63,006 nt of DNA, filler included, from Octopus bimaculoides (GCF_001194135.2; 12 parts of 11 records of this genome joined end to end with filler, not necessarily neighbours in it), one strand, 5' to 3'; shown: positions 1 through 12,748, counted from the first letter of the whole stretch. Translations and numbers: made by a program. Notes: generated by a model from the letters alone, not told the origin.

Positions 1-557
1 TATATATATATATATATATTTACACATACATACATGCAAAGGTACATACGTACATATATGTACATCCATACATATTTACATGTATACGTACATATACGTA
101 CATCCGTACATATGTACATATATACATGGAGGTATGCCTATATACCCAGTGTGCATTCGTTTTCGTGTGCATGCAAACGCTCTTTTGGTTATCTGCTCAT
201 AGCCTATATTACGTGATCCACTTTGAGTTATGACATCTTTGCCTGTTCGCTCATCTACAAAAAATTTGGCATACCACGTTCCCACTGCTAATATGCATTA
301 AATTTGAGTTGTATTAAAATTAGGTGACATAATCGATATTTATTTAATGGTATGTGCATTCACACGTGCGCTTGCGCAAAAACACACATATACATGTGTG
401 TGTATATATATATATTTACGCAATTAAAGGTATATGTATGTATAATTTAAATATATAAATGCATACGTATAGATAGATATGTACATATCGATACGTTGTT
501 CGATCATTCATAAGTTATATATGTGTTTAAACACACTCGCACACACATACATACACA

Positions 558-597
<40 letters not shown>
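1..597. repeat. TA/TACA/CA microsatellite-rich low-complexity DNA ending in (TA)n at an assembly gap
   Basis: (TA)n and TACA/TACG-type runs seen directly; N run 598-1545 follows. Confidence 0.9.
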
Positions 598-1715
598 NNN
601 NNNNNNNNNNNNNNNNNNNNNNNNNNNNNNNNNNNNNNNNNNNNNNNNNNNNNNNNNNNNNNNNNNNNNNNNNNNNNNNNNNNNNNNNNNNNNNNNNNNN
701 NNNNNNNNNNNNNNNNNNNNNNNNNNNNNNNNNNNNNNNNNNNNNNNNNNNNNNNNNNNNNNNNNNNNNNNNNNNNNNNNNNNNNNNNNNNNNNNNNNNN
801 NNNNNNNNNNNNNNNNNNNNNNNNNNNNNNNNNNNNNNNNNNNNNNNNNNNNNNNNNNNNNNNNNNNNNNNNNNNNNNNNNNNNNNNNNNNNNNNNNNNN
901 NNNNNNNNNNNNNNNNNNNNNNNNNNNNNNNNNNNNNNNNNNNNNNNNNNNNNNNNNNNNNNNNNNNNNNNNNNNNNNNNNNNNNNNNNNNNNNNNNNNN
1001 NNNNNNNNNNNNNNNNNNNNNNNNNNNNNNNNNNNNNNNNNNNNNNNNNNNNNNNNNNNNNNNNNNNNNNNNNNNNNNNNNNNNNNNNNNNNNNNNNNNN
1101 NNNNNNNNNNNNNNNNNNNNNNNNNNNNNNNNNNNNNNNNNNNNNNNNNNNNNNNNNNNNNNNNNNNNNNNNNNNNNNNNNNNNNNNNNNNNNNNNNNNN
1201 NNNNNNNNNNNNNNNNNNNNNNNNNNNNNNNNNNNNNNNNNNNNNNNNNNNNNNNNNNNNNNNNNNNNNNNNNNNNNNNNNNNNNNNNNNNNNNNNNNNN
1301 NNNNNNNNNNNNNNNNNNNNNNNNNNNNNNNNNNNNNNNNNNNNNNNNNNNNNNNNNNNNNNNNNNNNNNNNNNNNNNNNNNNNNNNNNNNNNNNNNNNN
1401 NNNNNNNNNNNNNNNNNNNNNNNNNNNNNNNNNNNNNNNNNNNNNNNNNNNNNNNNNNNNNNNNNNNNNNNNNNNNNNNNNNNNNNNNNNNNNNNNNNNN
1501 NNNNNNNNNNNNNNNNNNNNNNNNNNNNNNNNNNNNNNNNNNNNAAACAAAATCTCAGCGAATTTACCATCTTTATTCCAGCCTATGACCCCGCGTGTAT
1601 ACAAGTACATCGTTTTCAATCCTAAAGTTTTTCAAAACAAACTATGCTTACACAACTTTATTATGGAGATATTCATGAAAGGAATTTATTAACAATATAG
1701 TAATTCTATGTATGT

Positions 1716-2094
1716 GGGGGCGCAATGGCCCAATGGTTAAGGCAGCGGACTCGCTGTCATAAGATCGTGGTTTCGATTCCCAGACCGGGCGTTGTGAGTG
1801 TTTATTGAGTGAAAACACCTGAAGCTACACGAGGCTCCGGCAGTGGGTCGTGGAAAACCCTGCTGTACTCTTTCACCACAACTTTCTCTCACTCTTTCTT
1901 CCTGTTTCTGTTGTGCCTGTAATTCAAAGGGTCAGCCTTGGCACACTGTGTCACACTGAATATCCCCAAGAACTACGTTAAGGGTACACGTGTGTGTGGA
2001 GTGCTCAGCCACTTGCACGTTAATTTCACGAGCAGGCTGTTCCGTTGATCGGATCAAGTGGAACCCTCGACGGCGTAAGCGACAGAGTGCCAAC
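1716..2094 (+). mobile_element. tRNA-derived SINE, family B, near full length
   Basis: tRNA-like head with A-box (TGGCCCAATGGTTAAGG) and B-box (GTTTCGATTCCC); near-identical copy on - strand at 46470-46834. Confidence 0.85.
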
Positions 2095-2559
2095 TCTAGT
2101 AATTGTATGGGTAATTATTTTTGTTATTACCAAATCTCAGCAAAGATGAGCAATGTTCAAGTGTATATAATGTACCTTCAAACATATATATATATATATA
2201 TATACACATGCACATTTGTACGTGTATGCATGTACAAATACGGACATACTTATGTACAAACTCACACACATATACATACACATACATGTGTATGTATGCA
2301 CATAAATAGGTTTCTACATTTAAACATATATGTACATACTTCCATATAAAGATCAGTGTCTTATATTCCGGGTGTGCTAGGTGTACGATATATACCCATC
2401 CAAAATGTTAAATTCATTATGAATATTAACATTCCTCATTAATTTAAGCACAAATCTTAATGGAAAACTTTTGTTATAACGCTGCTTGAAATTTGGTGGT
2501 ATCGGGTGGTGTGGAGATACACTCAATACAACCACCACCACACGCCTCTGATAAAGATA

Positions 2560-2610
<51 letters not shown>

Positions 2611-2689
2611 CAATAATATAAAATACAATTAAGATTCAGTTGAATTAGGTCCTTAAATTAAAGCATTTTATTAGGTCAGAATAATTTGC

Positions 2690-3760
2690 ACACCCAAAGA
2701 ATATCAAATGGTTATCCAACTCTGTGCAGAAGTGTTTGCACCGGATATTCTTGCAGTGTATACAGACAACAGGACCAAACTTAGTAAAGATATCCGCTCT
2801 TGGTTGTTCAGGCATGTACTTTATATAAAAGTCTGCACATCATCTTAGGTCTGCGCTGTTGTACCCACTTCTTCACAGACGCTTTCACTTCTCCTCGTGC
2901 CATCAAAATATTGTTCTTGAAGTCTGTCCTACATTGGACAGAATAATCTCGAGGCTCCCACATCCAAGTTGTAAGATTGTTGGAGGACCATTGATCAGCT
3001 GAGTTTGTCGATTGGCTGATTTGTTGACAAAGATGTTTGTGATCATGATATTTGTTTGATCACTTTCTCGTAAGAGTTTTGATCTCCTCCTCTTTAAGTT
3101 TGTTATGTGTTTCAGTGTACGCTCGCTGTTCGCGATACAGCCATGTTCTAGAAAATCAAGAAGAATGACGCTCTTTTGCCCAGCAAATCAATCACCAGAA
3201 CTTTCTGTGTCGATCGCTAACTCTTTAACATCTTAGGCCATGGAGAAGGGAAAGAGAACCCCCCAATAAACGTGTCTTCACTGGCTTTCTTTGGCTTCAA
3301 ACATTTCCTGCAGATCTGAAGAAAATTCCACCTTTATCTCCTCTGGAATATAAAATACCCACTTTGTACACATTTTATGATACACAAGGACTTCGAACAC
3401 ATTGTGCAGTGCATAATGAGCACAGTCCAGTGTTGAAGCAATCTTACTGAATGTGACTCGTCTGTTTGCGCAAATCAGTTTGTCACCTTGCTGACGATTC
3501 GTATCAGTGGTCAAAATTGGTGGTCTTTCAATTCGTTTTATGCTTTCTTCAATGCTGGTTTTATCCTTCTTTAAACCACTTCATCCATTTGTGTAGCACA
3601 TTGCCCATGACAATAGTGTCATCTTCATAAACAACCAGTTGTCTATTGTTAAAATCGAACAACCTATACCTTTTTATGATTTCATGCTGCTTCTGCTTGT
3701 AACCCATTATTTGTCTACAACAGAGAAGAGGAGAATGTACAGTTTAAACAATCTATAGCA
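2690..3760 (-). pseudogene. Heavily degraded mariner-type transposase
   Basis: ORF 3278-3514 (NRRVTFSKIA..YHKMCTKWV, like RKVCARWVP); other frames give VILLDFLEHG and EVKASVKKW; many stops and frameshifts. Confidence 0.6.
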
Positions 3761-4084
3761 TTAGTTATATCCACTTTTGTTTACTTTCGGGATAACCCAT
3801 GTACAAACCTCGTATATACATGTATACAAGTATATATACAGCACTCCTTACACACTCCAGCACGGACTTATTTACATATATATATAAACTCAAGCAGTGC
3901 ATACATAAATATGTGTGTTGAGGGAGTACGTATATGTATATTGTGCGTATATATGCGCATCAGAGTGTGCAAGTGTATTTGTATATGATTACACCATGAC
4001 TATCAGCTTCATTTTGTTTATGTCAATATAACTGTGTCAGTATAATTATGCACAAACACACAAACATATATACACACGCATACA

Positions 4085-4122
4085 CACACACAAGTATATA
4101 TATGTATATATTATATACATAT

Positions 4123-4165
<43 letters not shown>

Positions 4166-4601
4166 TATAATGAATGTCTATGTGTGTATCTGTCTTAATT
4201 TTTGCGGAGGCACGTCTGCGGCGATCATATGGTGCGATTATGTGAGTGCAGAAAGGGGAATCTGCGTGTGTGCATCGTGCTTGCTTTTGTGTGTGTGTGT
4301 TTGTGTGTGTGTGTGTATGAGCGTGTGTGTATGTGTGTGTATCTGTACATATCGCTGTGGTGAGGTTGGGATGTGCATGCGTTGTCTTTCATATTAGTGC
4401 GTAGGAGCTAGAGTTGACAGACCCAGAATGACAATTTTCTTGTACAGCGCTATATATACACACGCACGCGCACACACACACACATACACGCAAATGCATA
4501 CACACATACACATATATATGTTTGTAGGTATGTATGTATGTGTCTGTCTGTCTGTCTGTCTATCTATCCATCTATCTATCTATCTATCTATCTATCTCTC
4601 A

Positions 4602-4634
<33 letters not shown>

Positions 4635-4673
4635 AAACATATATATGTTCGTAGGTATGTATGTATGTGTCTG

Positions 4674-4726
<53 letters not shown>

Positions 4727-4743
4727 ATATATATATATATATA
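4085..4743. repeat. Compound microsatellite cluster (TG, CA, TCTA, TC, TA)
   Basis: Visible directly; source of spurious CVCV/YLSI ORFs. Confidence 0.9.
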
Positions 4744-4843
4744 NNNNNNNNNNNNNNNNNNNNNNNNNNNNNNNNNNNNNNNNNNNNTTAATTAATTAAN
4801 NNNNNNNNNNNNNNNNNNNNNNNNNNNNNNNNNNNNNNNNNNN
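4744..4843. other. Assembly spacer: 44 N + TTAATTAATTAA + 44 N (11 such spacers in the window)
   Basis: Same format near 18662, 29023, 30570, 46879, 49335, 51939, 53358, 57515, 58636 and 61930; the 12-mer has stops in all six frames. Confidence 0.95.
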
Positions 4844-5275
4844 GCGTTTTCGTTTTTTGGGTAGAGCACTGCTGTGAAATAGGCGTGTAGGATCGAAATG
4901 TATTCCTCATGTGTCCATTTATGCCGTTTTGGTTTTGTTTGCGGGACATGAGGAACAACGTCCGGCCCTATATTTTGACGGTCATCATATTCGTAGGGTA
5001 CCGGTTCGTTCATTTCTGTTGTCAGATTGTTTTGCACGTTCAGATCTTCGTACTTTTTTCGTAACAAGCTTACAGTACGCACTTCTCGGTTGTTATTCTT
5101 GGGTGGAATAATACCGGTGTTATTTAATCTGTTTGCAATTTTTTTGTACATGGTGTTTTGGGGTTCGAAGATGGTCTGATGTTGATGTAACACGTGTGTT
5201 TACGATCGCTGTGCGGGTAGTGGAGGTATCAAGTTCAAATACATCATTATATTTGGAAAAATAGAAATAAATTTC
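4844..5275 (-). mobile_element. Probable 5' end and N-terminal ORF of an R4/Dong-clade LINE
   Basis: ORF 4792-5193 contains KRHKWTHEEYISILHAYF, like the N-terminal W-T-x-E-E motif of R4/Dong ORFs; directly follows the (TAA)n tail of another R4 copy; cut by a gap. Confidence 0.55.
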
Positions 5276-5276
5276 A

Positions 5277-6644
5277 ATTATTATTATTATTATTGTTCAG
5301 TAGTCTTATTTTTATAACGTGCTTTCACTTCACTACCGAGCGCAGCTCTGTGCCCCTTGGGTATGTGCTGTGGTTTGCTGTGGTGCTCTTATGTTTACTG
5401 TATTGAAAGTGTTTTGCGTAGAACGTGTGCAGTACCCAGTAGTGCAATTTTCTGTATGTTATATATATTTGTAAGTCCTGGTGTTTTTGTTATGTATTTG
5501 TCTGAATATTTTTTTATTATACCTANNNNNNNNNNNNNNNNNNNNNNNNNNNNNNNNNNNNNNNNNNNNNNNNNNNNNNNNNNNNNNNNNNNNNNNNNNN
5601 NNNNNNNNNNNNNNNNNNNNNNNNNNNNNNNNNNNNNNNNNNNNNNNNNNNNNNNNNNNNNNNNNNNNNNNNNNNNNNNNNNNNNNNNNNNNNNNNNNNN
5701 NNNNNNNNNNNNNNNNNNNNNNNNNNNNNNNNNNNNNNNNNNNNNNNNNNNNNNNNNNNNNNNNNNNNNNNNNNNNNNNNNNNNNNNNNNNNNNNNNNNN
5801 NNNNNNNNNNNNNNNNNNNNNNNNNNNNNNNNNNNNNNNNNNNNNNNNNNNNNNNNNNNNNNNNNNNNNNNNNNNNNNNNNNNNNNNNNNNNNNNNNNNN
5901 NNNNNNNNNNNNNNNNNNNNNNNNNNNNNNNNNNNNNNNNNNNNNNNNNNNNNNNNNNNNNNNNNNNNNNNNNNNNNNNNNNNNNNNNNNNNNNNNNNNN
6001 NNNNNNNNNNNNNNNNNNNNNNNNNNNNNNNNNNNNNNNNNNNNNNNNNNNNNNNNNTTATTTTTATAACGTGCTTTCACTTCACTACCGAGCGCAGCTC
6101 TGTGCCCCTTGGGTATGTGCTGTGGTTTGCTGTGGTGCTCTTATGTTTACTGTATTGAAAGTGTTTTGCGTAGGATGTGTGCTGTGCCCAATAGTGCAAT
6201 TTTCTGTATGTTATATATATTTGTAAGTCCTGGTGTTTTTGTTATGTATTTGTCTGAATATTTTTTTATTATACCTAGGGCGCCTACTTTAATAGGAATT
6301 GTTTCTGTTTTAGATTCCACATTCGAGTTACTTCTATTTCCAGGTCTTTGTATTTTGAAAGTTTTTCCATTTCTTTTAGAGAAACGTTGTCATCTGCTGG
6401 TATTGATACATCAATTAGAAAGCATTTTCTTTCTTCATGATCTTTGACAACTATATCTGGTCTATTTGCCTTAATTTCTCTATCTGTGTGTATTGGCATA
6501 TCCCAGGGTATGGTTGCTTTCTCGTTTTCTGTGACCTTTTCTGGCGTGCGTTTGTACCATCTTTTTTCTGTTGTTATTCCATAGCTTCCAGTGTATATAG
6601 GTCCCAGTTCTGTCGTGTCTGTGAATATATTCCTTCTTTGCCAG
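5277..6644 (-). mobile_element. 3' end of an R4/Dong-clade LINE (RLE endonuclease, 3' UTR, TAA tail), split by a gap with duplicated 3' segment
   Basis: LAKKEYIHRHD...WDMPIHTDREIKANRPDIVVKD..CFLIDVSIP..EKLSKYKDL (PD..D restriction-like endonuclease); stop at 6147-6149; frameshifts near 6300 and 6590; (ATT)n on both sides. Confidence 0.85.
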
Positions 6645-6730
6645 TGTTATTATTATTATTATTATTGTCATTACTATTAGTATTATTATTAGTATCATAA
6701 TTATTATTGTTGTTGTTGTTGTTGTTGTTG

Positions 6731-6772
<42 letters not shown>
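6645..6772. repeat. (ATT)n/(GTT)n microsatellite
   Basis: Visible directly. Confidence 0.95.
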
Positions 6773-6774
<2 letters not shown>

Positions 6775-6849
6775 GGTGATCGTCGCATTGACCAAGATAG
6801 AATAAGTTGAGCAGAGAATCTACATCAAATTTTGCCAAAAGCTTGGTGA

Positions 6850-7445
6850 TACCTGCTCAGAAGCCTTCGCAAAGTTTTCGAGAAGTTTTCATCGTTCTCG
6901 ACACAATCAAGGAGACCTTGTACAACTGAAACACGAGTGTCTTTTTGGTCAATTGAAAGTAGTTTTGGCACAAACTTAGCAGACACTCATCTCATATCCA
7001 AATCTGCAGTGATAATGGACTGAATTGAGCCGTAACTAATCTCCACATCCTTTGACAACTTACGGATGGTGATTCACAGTTGCACGCACATATGCAATGT
7101 TTCTTTCAGTTCTGCTGGTTGCGGCTCTCGCAGAACGTTCGTGAATATCGACTTTTTTCGTCCATCTTGCAAACATCTGAACCACTCGTACACTCATCTT
7201 CAAACACTTTTTGCAACATTGCGTAGGCCTCTGAGCCGGTATAGCTATGAAAACTTTCTCTGTCATTATCAATGCGACGATCATACGCTACCCACCTTCC
7301 TTTCAAGCACTGCTGTAAGCATCAGGAGTGAGATAGAGTGTTCAATCTTGGTGGGCATGGACAGCAGAGTTTATGGTCAATCTTTGCCAAGTGGTTTTAC
7401 TTGCGTTCTTCCGTTTTGGTACTATGGTAACAAGCCGGACACTTA
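6850..7445 (-). pseudogene. Degraded mariner transposase 5' half
   Basis: TGSEAYAMLQKVFEDEC (HTH region), AATSRTERNIAYVR and VSAKFVPKLL (WVP-like linker) in shifting frames. Confidence 0.65.
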
Positions 7446-7498
7446 TTGATCAGCCTTCGCAAACATATGTGTATATGTGTGCGCGTGTGTGTGTTGCA

Positions 7499-7529
<31 letters not shown>

Positions 7530-8881
7530 AAGAGAAAAAGAAACACAATGTCTTGCATTCGTTTGGTTTCTGTTTCTTTCGCGTACTGTTTTGCTGCAAT
7601 GTTTGTTGTATATCATGGAGCCCATTCGACCAGCAATACATTTTAGCTTTGGAGATGACTCGTGTGTACTTCAACGAAGAAATAACACGATATAATATTT
7701 TAAGAATTAAAATATATTCTAAACCAAAATGGAAATGATGAGGCAAAAAGCACAAAAATATGTAATAAATTTGGAAAACCAGTGCTGAGTTGAGACCTAT
7801 ACAAGTGTGCATAGGCACATAAGCTGAGGTTCGTGCATATGAGCATATACATACTTAGATGTCTGTACGATAATCCCGATTGCGATAATGTATCGTATAC
7901 TGAACGAAAAAAACTCACACATATTGCCATAAAAGCGGTATACCTCAACTCATATAAAGTTTGATTTATCAATGAAACAACTAAATAAAAATTATGAGAT
8001 AGAACTTGGTATAAGTAGGAGTAAATTTTAGACAAATGAAACCTCCGAGTGAAATGCTCTATCGCTTAGGAAATTAGAATTGTGGAGAAGAATTATGGCT
8101 TCACCACTGAAAATTATTTAGGTGTGCATAGATTTAGAAGAGCTATCGGATTACAGGAAATTATAGAGAGTAAATTGGATTTTTATCAGATTCGGGAAGA
8201 ATTTTTATGGTAAATCTAATATTGGTATTATATATTCAATTATAATATTAATTAGATGAAATATATAATTATATTATTTAATTATAACATCGTTAGCTTT
8301 AATAGGATAAGGTATTATATTAGACAAATGCTATTTCTGTAGTCATTTCCTATATAGTTATTAGGAGTTTCATTGATATATCAAAATTTATATAAGTTGG
8401 GATACATGTAGGCTGAAAGCCCGTACTCAGGTTGTGATATCTGTACCAGGATGTGGTTAGAAATATGTTTTCACCGGAATTGAAGACAATGCTCATTACG
8501 AACTGGAAATCTTTCGTGACTTTAGGGGGTGGGGAGAAGCTATCCTAAAACGCGATGATGATTGAAACAGAGTTGAATCCGCTAACAGTGCAAAATATAC
8601 TATATGATGGTCTTAAACCGGATGATGTAATATGTCTAACAGCTGAATAAACTATGGTGAGATTTGAAATGAGAAACTAATTGCGTGAAAAATAGTGAGA
8701 AGCATTCATAATGCCAATTCGCAACGTAGTATGCAATTTATCTAAATATAAATACACTAGCACATACTTTTTTCCATTTTACTATGCATTTTGCTGTGTA
8801 TCTGTATTTATCTGTGTCAGTTTCCCTCTGTATACACAAGCATACACACAAGCAGACATACACACACACGCGCGTGCATAC

Positions 8882-8923
<42 letters not shown>

Positions 8924-8952
8924 NNNNNNNNNNTGTGTGTGTGTGTGTGTGT

Positions 8953-8984
<32 letters not shown>

Positions 8985-9962
8985 TTGAAATCACAGCAAG
9001 TTTCTTTCCAATTTTATAGGTTTTGTTCTTCGTAGCACCTGAAATGTAAAATCGTTAACGACTTTCGTGCAGGTAATGACTTTTATTACCAAACACAATA
9101 CGGCGATATAAATCAAGAAAAGACTTGTGAGTGCTCATGCATGGTGGCAGTCCTATTACTTTTATTAGAACTGCTGAAAAAAAGACAAACTGAAAGAAAT
9201 TCTTTCTATTTAGATATTTGTTACAAACCACAAATGTGGTGCTTTCAAATTAACTTGCACCGTTTCTTAAACTGATTCTCTTTAAAAAACATCACTATTA
9301 ATTGTTATAATTCTTGATTTATGACAATGTGTGATGTGCGATCTGAATTTATAGAGTACTTAACAGCCTTCAAGTCTTATCTGCCACTGCCAGGGTGGCG
9401 ATTGCACTATAATCTACGTTTTCTTGGTTGTAGAGTGTCTCTTCTTCCTAAATACATTTTTCATAATGTAGATAAAAATTAATGGGCAAAATGTTCAATG
9501 CACACTATAAAAATTACGAATGGGAAGCCTAGGATGAGTTACAACATCCTAACTCCCTAATAAATACACAGTAACCTTAAGTGAAATATGTCTTAGTAGG
9601 AACAGACGGAGAGAAAAATGATGTAAGAAAATAAAAATGTATACTTCCTTCTGTTGCTGGCCCATATTTTGGTGAACTGCATCTACAAACATTAAGATGG
9701 ATTTCCGAATCCCCAGAAAAAGCTGTTCGACATAAAACACTTTACCTTCTTCCTTTCAATTTTCTCTGAAGTTTGTACTCTGTAAACGTTTCACTTTATG
9801 AATTTATCAATATGTATATATTTATATTCAAATATTCATCGTCTGAAAATCTTCCGCGTTTGCTTTCGTTCTTTGCATGTATACATATATACACACATGT
9901 ATACATTAATTCATTCATACATACATGCATGCATGCATGCATACATACATATATTCATACAT

Positions 9963-10030
<68 letters not shown>

Positions 10031-10172
10031 CTCATCAAATATGAGTAGGGTGTTAGAACATTTACATTGCTAAACATAAGAGCTAAAAATATCTAATGAT
10101 GTAGACAAGGTACGTAATTGTATACATATTCACAGACAGAGACGGTAATCGCCAGAAAGCACCGGTTGAAAA

Positions 10173-10227
10173 TTTCCTATACTAATGGGTGAGTTTCTCG
10201 TAATTCCGTAGATTCATCAGTAGGGAA
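10173..10227 (-). ncRNA. Type I hammerhead ribozyme motif, core intact
   Basis: UUCCCUA CUGAUGA AUCUACGGAAUUACGA GAAA CUCA CCCA UUAG UA UAGGAAA: stem I 6/7 bp, stem III 4/5 bp, GUA triplet; stem II imperfect. Confidence 0.75.
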
Positions 10228-10310
10228 CGCTAAATTATCCATATATTTTTATGGTGAATACATATGTACTGACGGAGAATCATATCCGAGAAAATCCGAT
10301 GCGAGCAGCG

Positions 10311-10365
10311 GTTACTACTGATGACGCTACGGAATAAGCTAAAACTGACTGATCAGTATAGGGAA
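10311..10365 (+). ncRNA. Type I hammerhead ribozyme motif, G12 mutated
   Basis: GUUACUA CUGAUGA C GCU ACGGAAUA AGC U AAAA CUGA CUGA UCAG UA UAGGGAA: perfect 5-bp stem III, GUA triplet; inverted homolog of 10173-10227. Confidence 0.7.
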
Positions 10366-11634
10366 TTCTCGATTCGTGCTTTCGGGCTTGTTACGGTCAC
10401 TGTCAGTATATGTGTATACAAGTATACGTACTTTCACTACAGTATTAGAACATTTTAGCTCTTATTTTTAGCAAATTGAACGATCAGTATAGGGAATTCT
10501 CGACCAGTTCGTTAGGATGGTTAAGGTCCCTGTCGGTACACATATATAAGCTTATGTGTTTTGACTAGAGCATTAGTGCTTTTTAGCTGTTCGTTCAAGC
10601 ATTGTTGCTGTTCTAATATATATATACACTCACACATAATATTTAAAGTTTTTTTAAGAATAAAAATACACGAATAATCATATTTATATAAAGAATAGTC
10701 ATATATGTTGAAATGAATAGTGTTGTGTCTTGGTAGAGTCATTATGCCAATAATCTTAACACGCACTGTTTGAATTACACTCCTTTGTTATTAGACACAT
10801 GACTAGCAATTAGTTAGTAGGATATTAAACGAACTGACTAATAATAATAGAGAGGAATTGAACCAGAGTGTGTGTTAATAATATAGGCATAATGTCTCTC
10901 CCTAGACACAACAAATCTTTGTAATTTTTTTGTAAAATTACCCTATGTTTGATAGCCCTACAGTCGAGTATACTCTAATTAAACGTGCATACCACACATT
11001 TATAACAGAATATCTACCGACGATTTCAATCTCTTTGATCTACAGACAAAAATCCCTGAAATTCAGGACCTAAAAGAACGAAAATGGTTTATGAATGATA
11101 CATGTTCACATGGAATTAAAATATGGTTTCCTATTGAGGCACAAGACCAGCTATTGTGAGAGCTGAGAGAATATTTGGTAACAGCGGCCAGAGTTTCTAT
11201 TTTCCTTTTACTTTAATCTTTTATTTAACCACCCCGAATCAAAGACGGACAATGTTGACTACGATATTACTAGACTTCAAATATTAAAGCGTCGGAAAGA
11301 AAGATGTAATGTATTTTTTCCGCCACTCAACGAGAACGTTACCCTGCTTCGGAACGATATCATGCCATCTGATGAATAGAGGTATAGCCTGTTAAGAAAG
11401 AAACTGTTCATAATTATTCTAAAGGGTTTTCATTTTCACATATTCTTCTTTGAAAGCTCTTAGTGCGTATGCAAGCCAGTGTACGTGTGTATCGGAATAC
11501 ACTGGCATGCGTACACAGGAATACTCGCACACAGGACACGCACAATCACAGCAACAGATAGACACACACATACACACAAACATACATACATGCATATACA
11601 TACATGTATATACATACATGCATACATACATACA

Positions 11635-11714
<80 letters not shown>

Positions 11715-12003
11715 GGATAGATGCATTCATTGATCTTCGTTCAGTTTAGATTGCATACCATTTCATTATAAAATAGTTGATTACATTGCATTACGCTATG
11801 TAGTTCTTCATATTCTTCAAATATTTTGTTTCACAAAACTGACACATTAAAGAGAACGTACATTCAAAATATTCAGGTTTTTTTACTATCATTTTTTTTT
11901 TTTTGCTTCGTTTAATAATTAAAAATGTTTATTGGGTTTACTAACGAATATATTGATGGAGCTACATCATAACGAAAAGAACAATCATTACTATTTCTGA
12001 TAA

Positions 12004-12020
12004 GACTATTACTACTACTA

Positions 12021-12073
<53 letters not shown>

Positions 12074-12146
12074 GCTACTACTACTACTACTACTACTACT
12101 ACTGCTACTACTACTACTGCTGCAGCTGCTGCTGCTGCTGCTACTG

Positions 12147-12194
<48 letters not shown>

Positions 12195-12232
12195 ACAATA
12201 AGAAGAAGAAGAAGAAAAAGGAGGAGGAGATT

Positions 12233-12271
<39 letters not shown>

Positions 12272-12409
12272 GTGATAATGATGATGATTATAATGGTGAT
12301 GAGGAAAACCGAAAAAGTTATCAGTGGAGAAAGGGAAGGACAATGGTTACAAGTGTGTTAAACAAGATACAATGAATAAGGGAAAGAAAGGGCGGTAGTA
12401 GTAGTAGTG

Positions 12410-12464
<55 letters not shown>

Positions 12465-12572
12465 CAGCAGTAGTAGCGGCGGCAGCAGCAGTAGTAGCGG
12501 CGGCAGCAGCAGTAGTAGTAATAGTAGTAGTAGTAATAGTAGTAGTAGTAGTAATAGTAGTAGTAGTAGTAA

Positions 12573-12605
<33 letters not shown>

Positions 12606-12657
12606 CAGCAGCAGTAGTAGTAGTAGTAGTAGTAGTAGTAATAGTAGCAGCAGCATT

Positions 12658-12725
<68 letters not shown>

Positions 12726-12748
12726 CAGCAGTAGCAGTAGTAGTAGTA
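12004..12748. repeat. Trinucleotide cluster: (CTA/CTG)n, (AAG)n, (GAT)n, then (GTA/GCA/GCG)n
   Basis: Visible directly; explains poly-S/V/L ORFs. Confidence 0.95.

Larger units (their letters stand above)
10065..10603. repeat. Inverted repeat (arms ~10065-10232 and ~10305-10476) plus a further tandem partial unit (~10482-10603, period ~131 bp)
   Basis: Reverse complement of the left arm aligns with the right arm (e.g. ATTAGATATTTTTAGCTCTTATGTTTAGCAA vs ATTAGAACATTTTAGCTCTTATTTTTAGCAA); GATCAGTATAGGGAATTCTCGA occurs at 10351 and 10482. Confidence 0.85.

Noticed and set aside
479-1692. Long ORFs spanning N runs (also 5357-6226, 42082-43032, 43551-44370, 47503-48093, 55410-56242, 59344-59674)
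   Set aside because: Their length comes from untranslatable N gaps; no coding evidence.
1716-1790. Possible tRNA genes (also 13816, 16366, 49819, 57572)
   Set aside because: Pol III boxes are present but no complete cloverleaf; each continues into a SINE body.
4788-4799. Recurrent TTAATTAATTAA motif (11 copies)
   Set aside because: Always centred in an identical 100-bp N spacer; artificial scaffolding linker.
5307-6278. Apparent extra R4 3' end (5307-5525 vs 6058-6278)
   Set aside because: Near-identical and flanking one gap; cannot be distinguished from misassembly, so not counted as a separate insertion.
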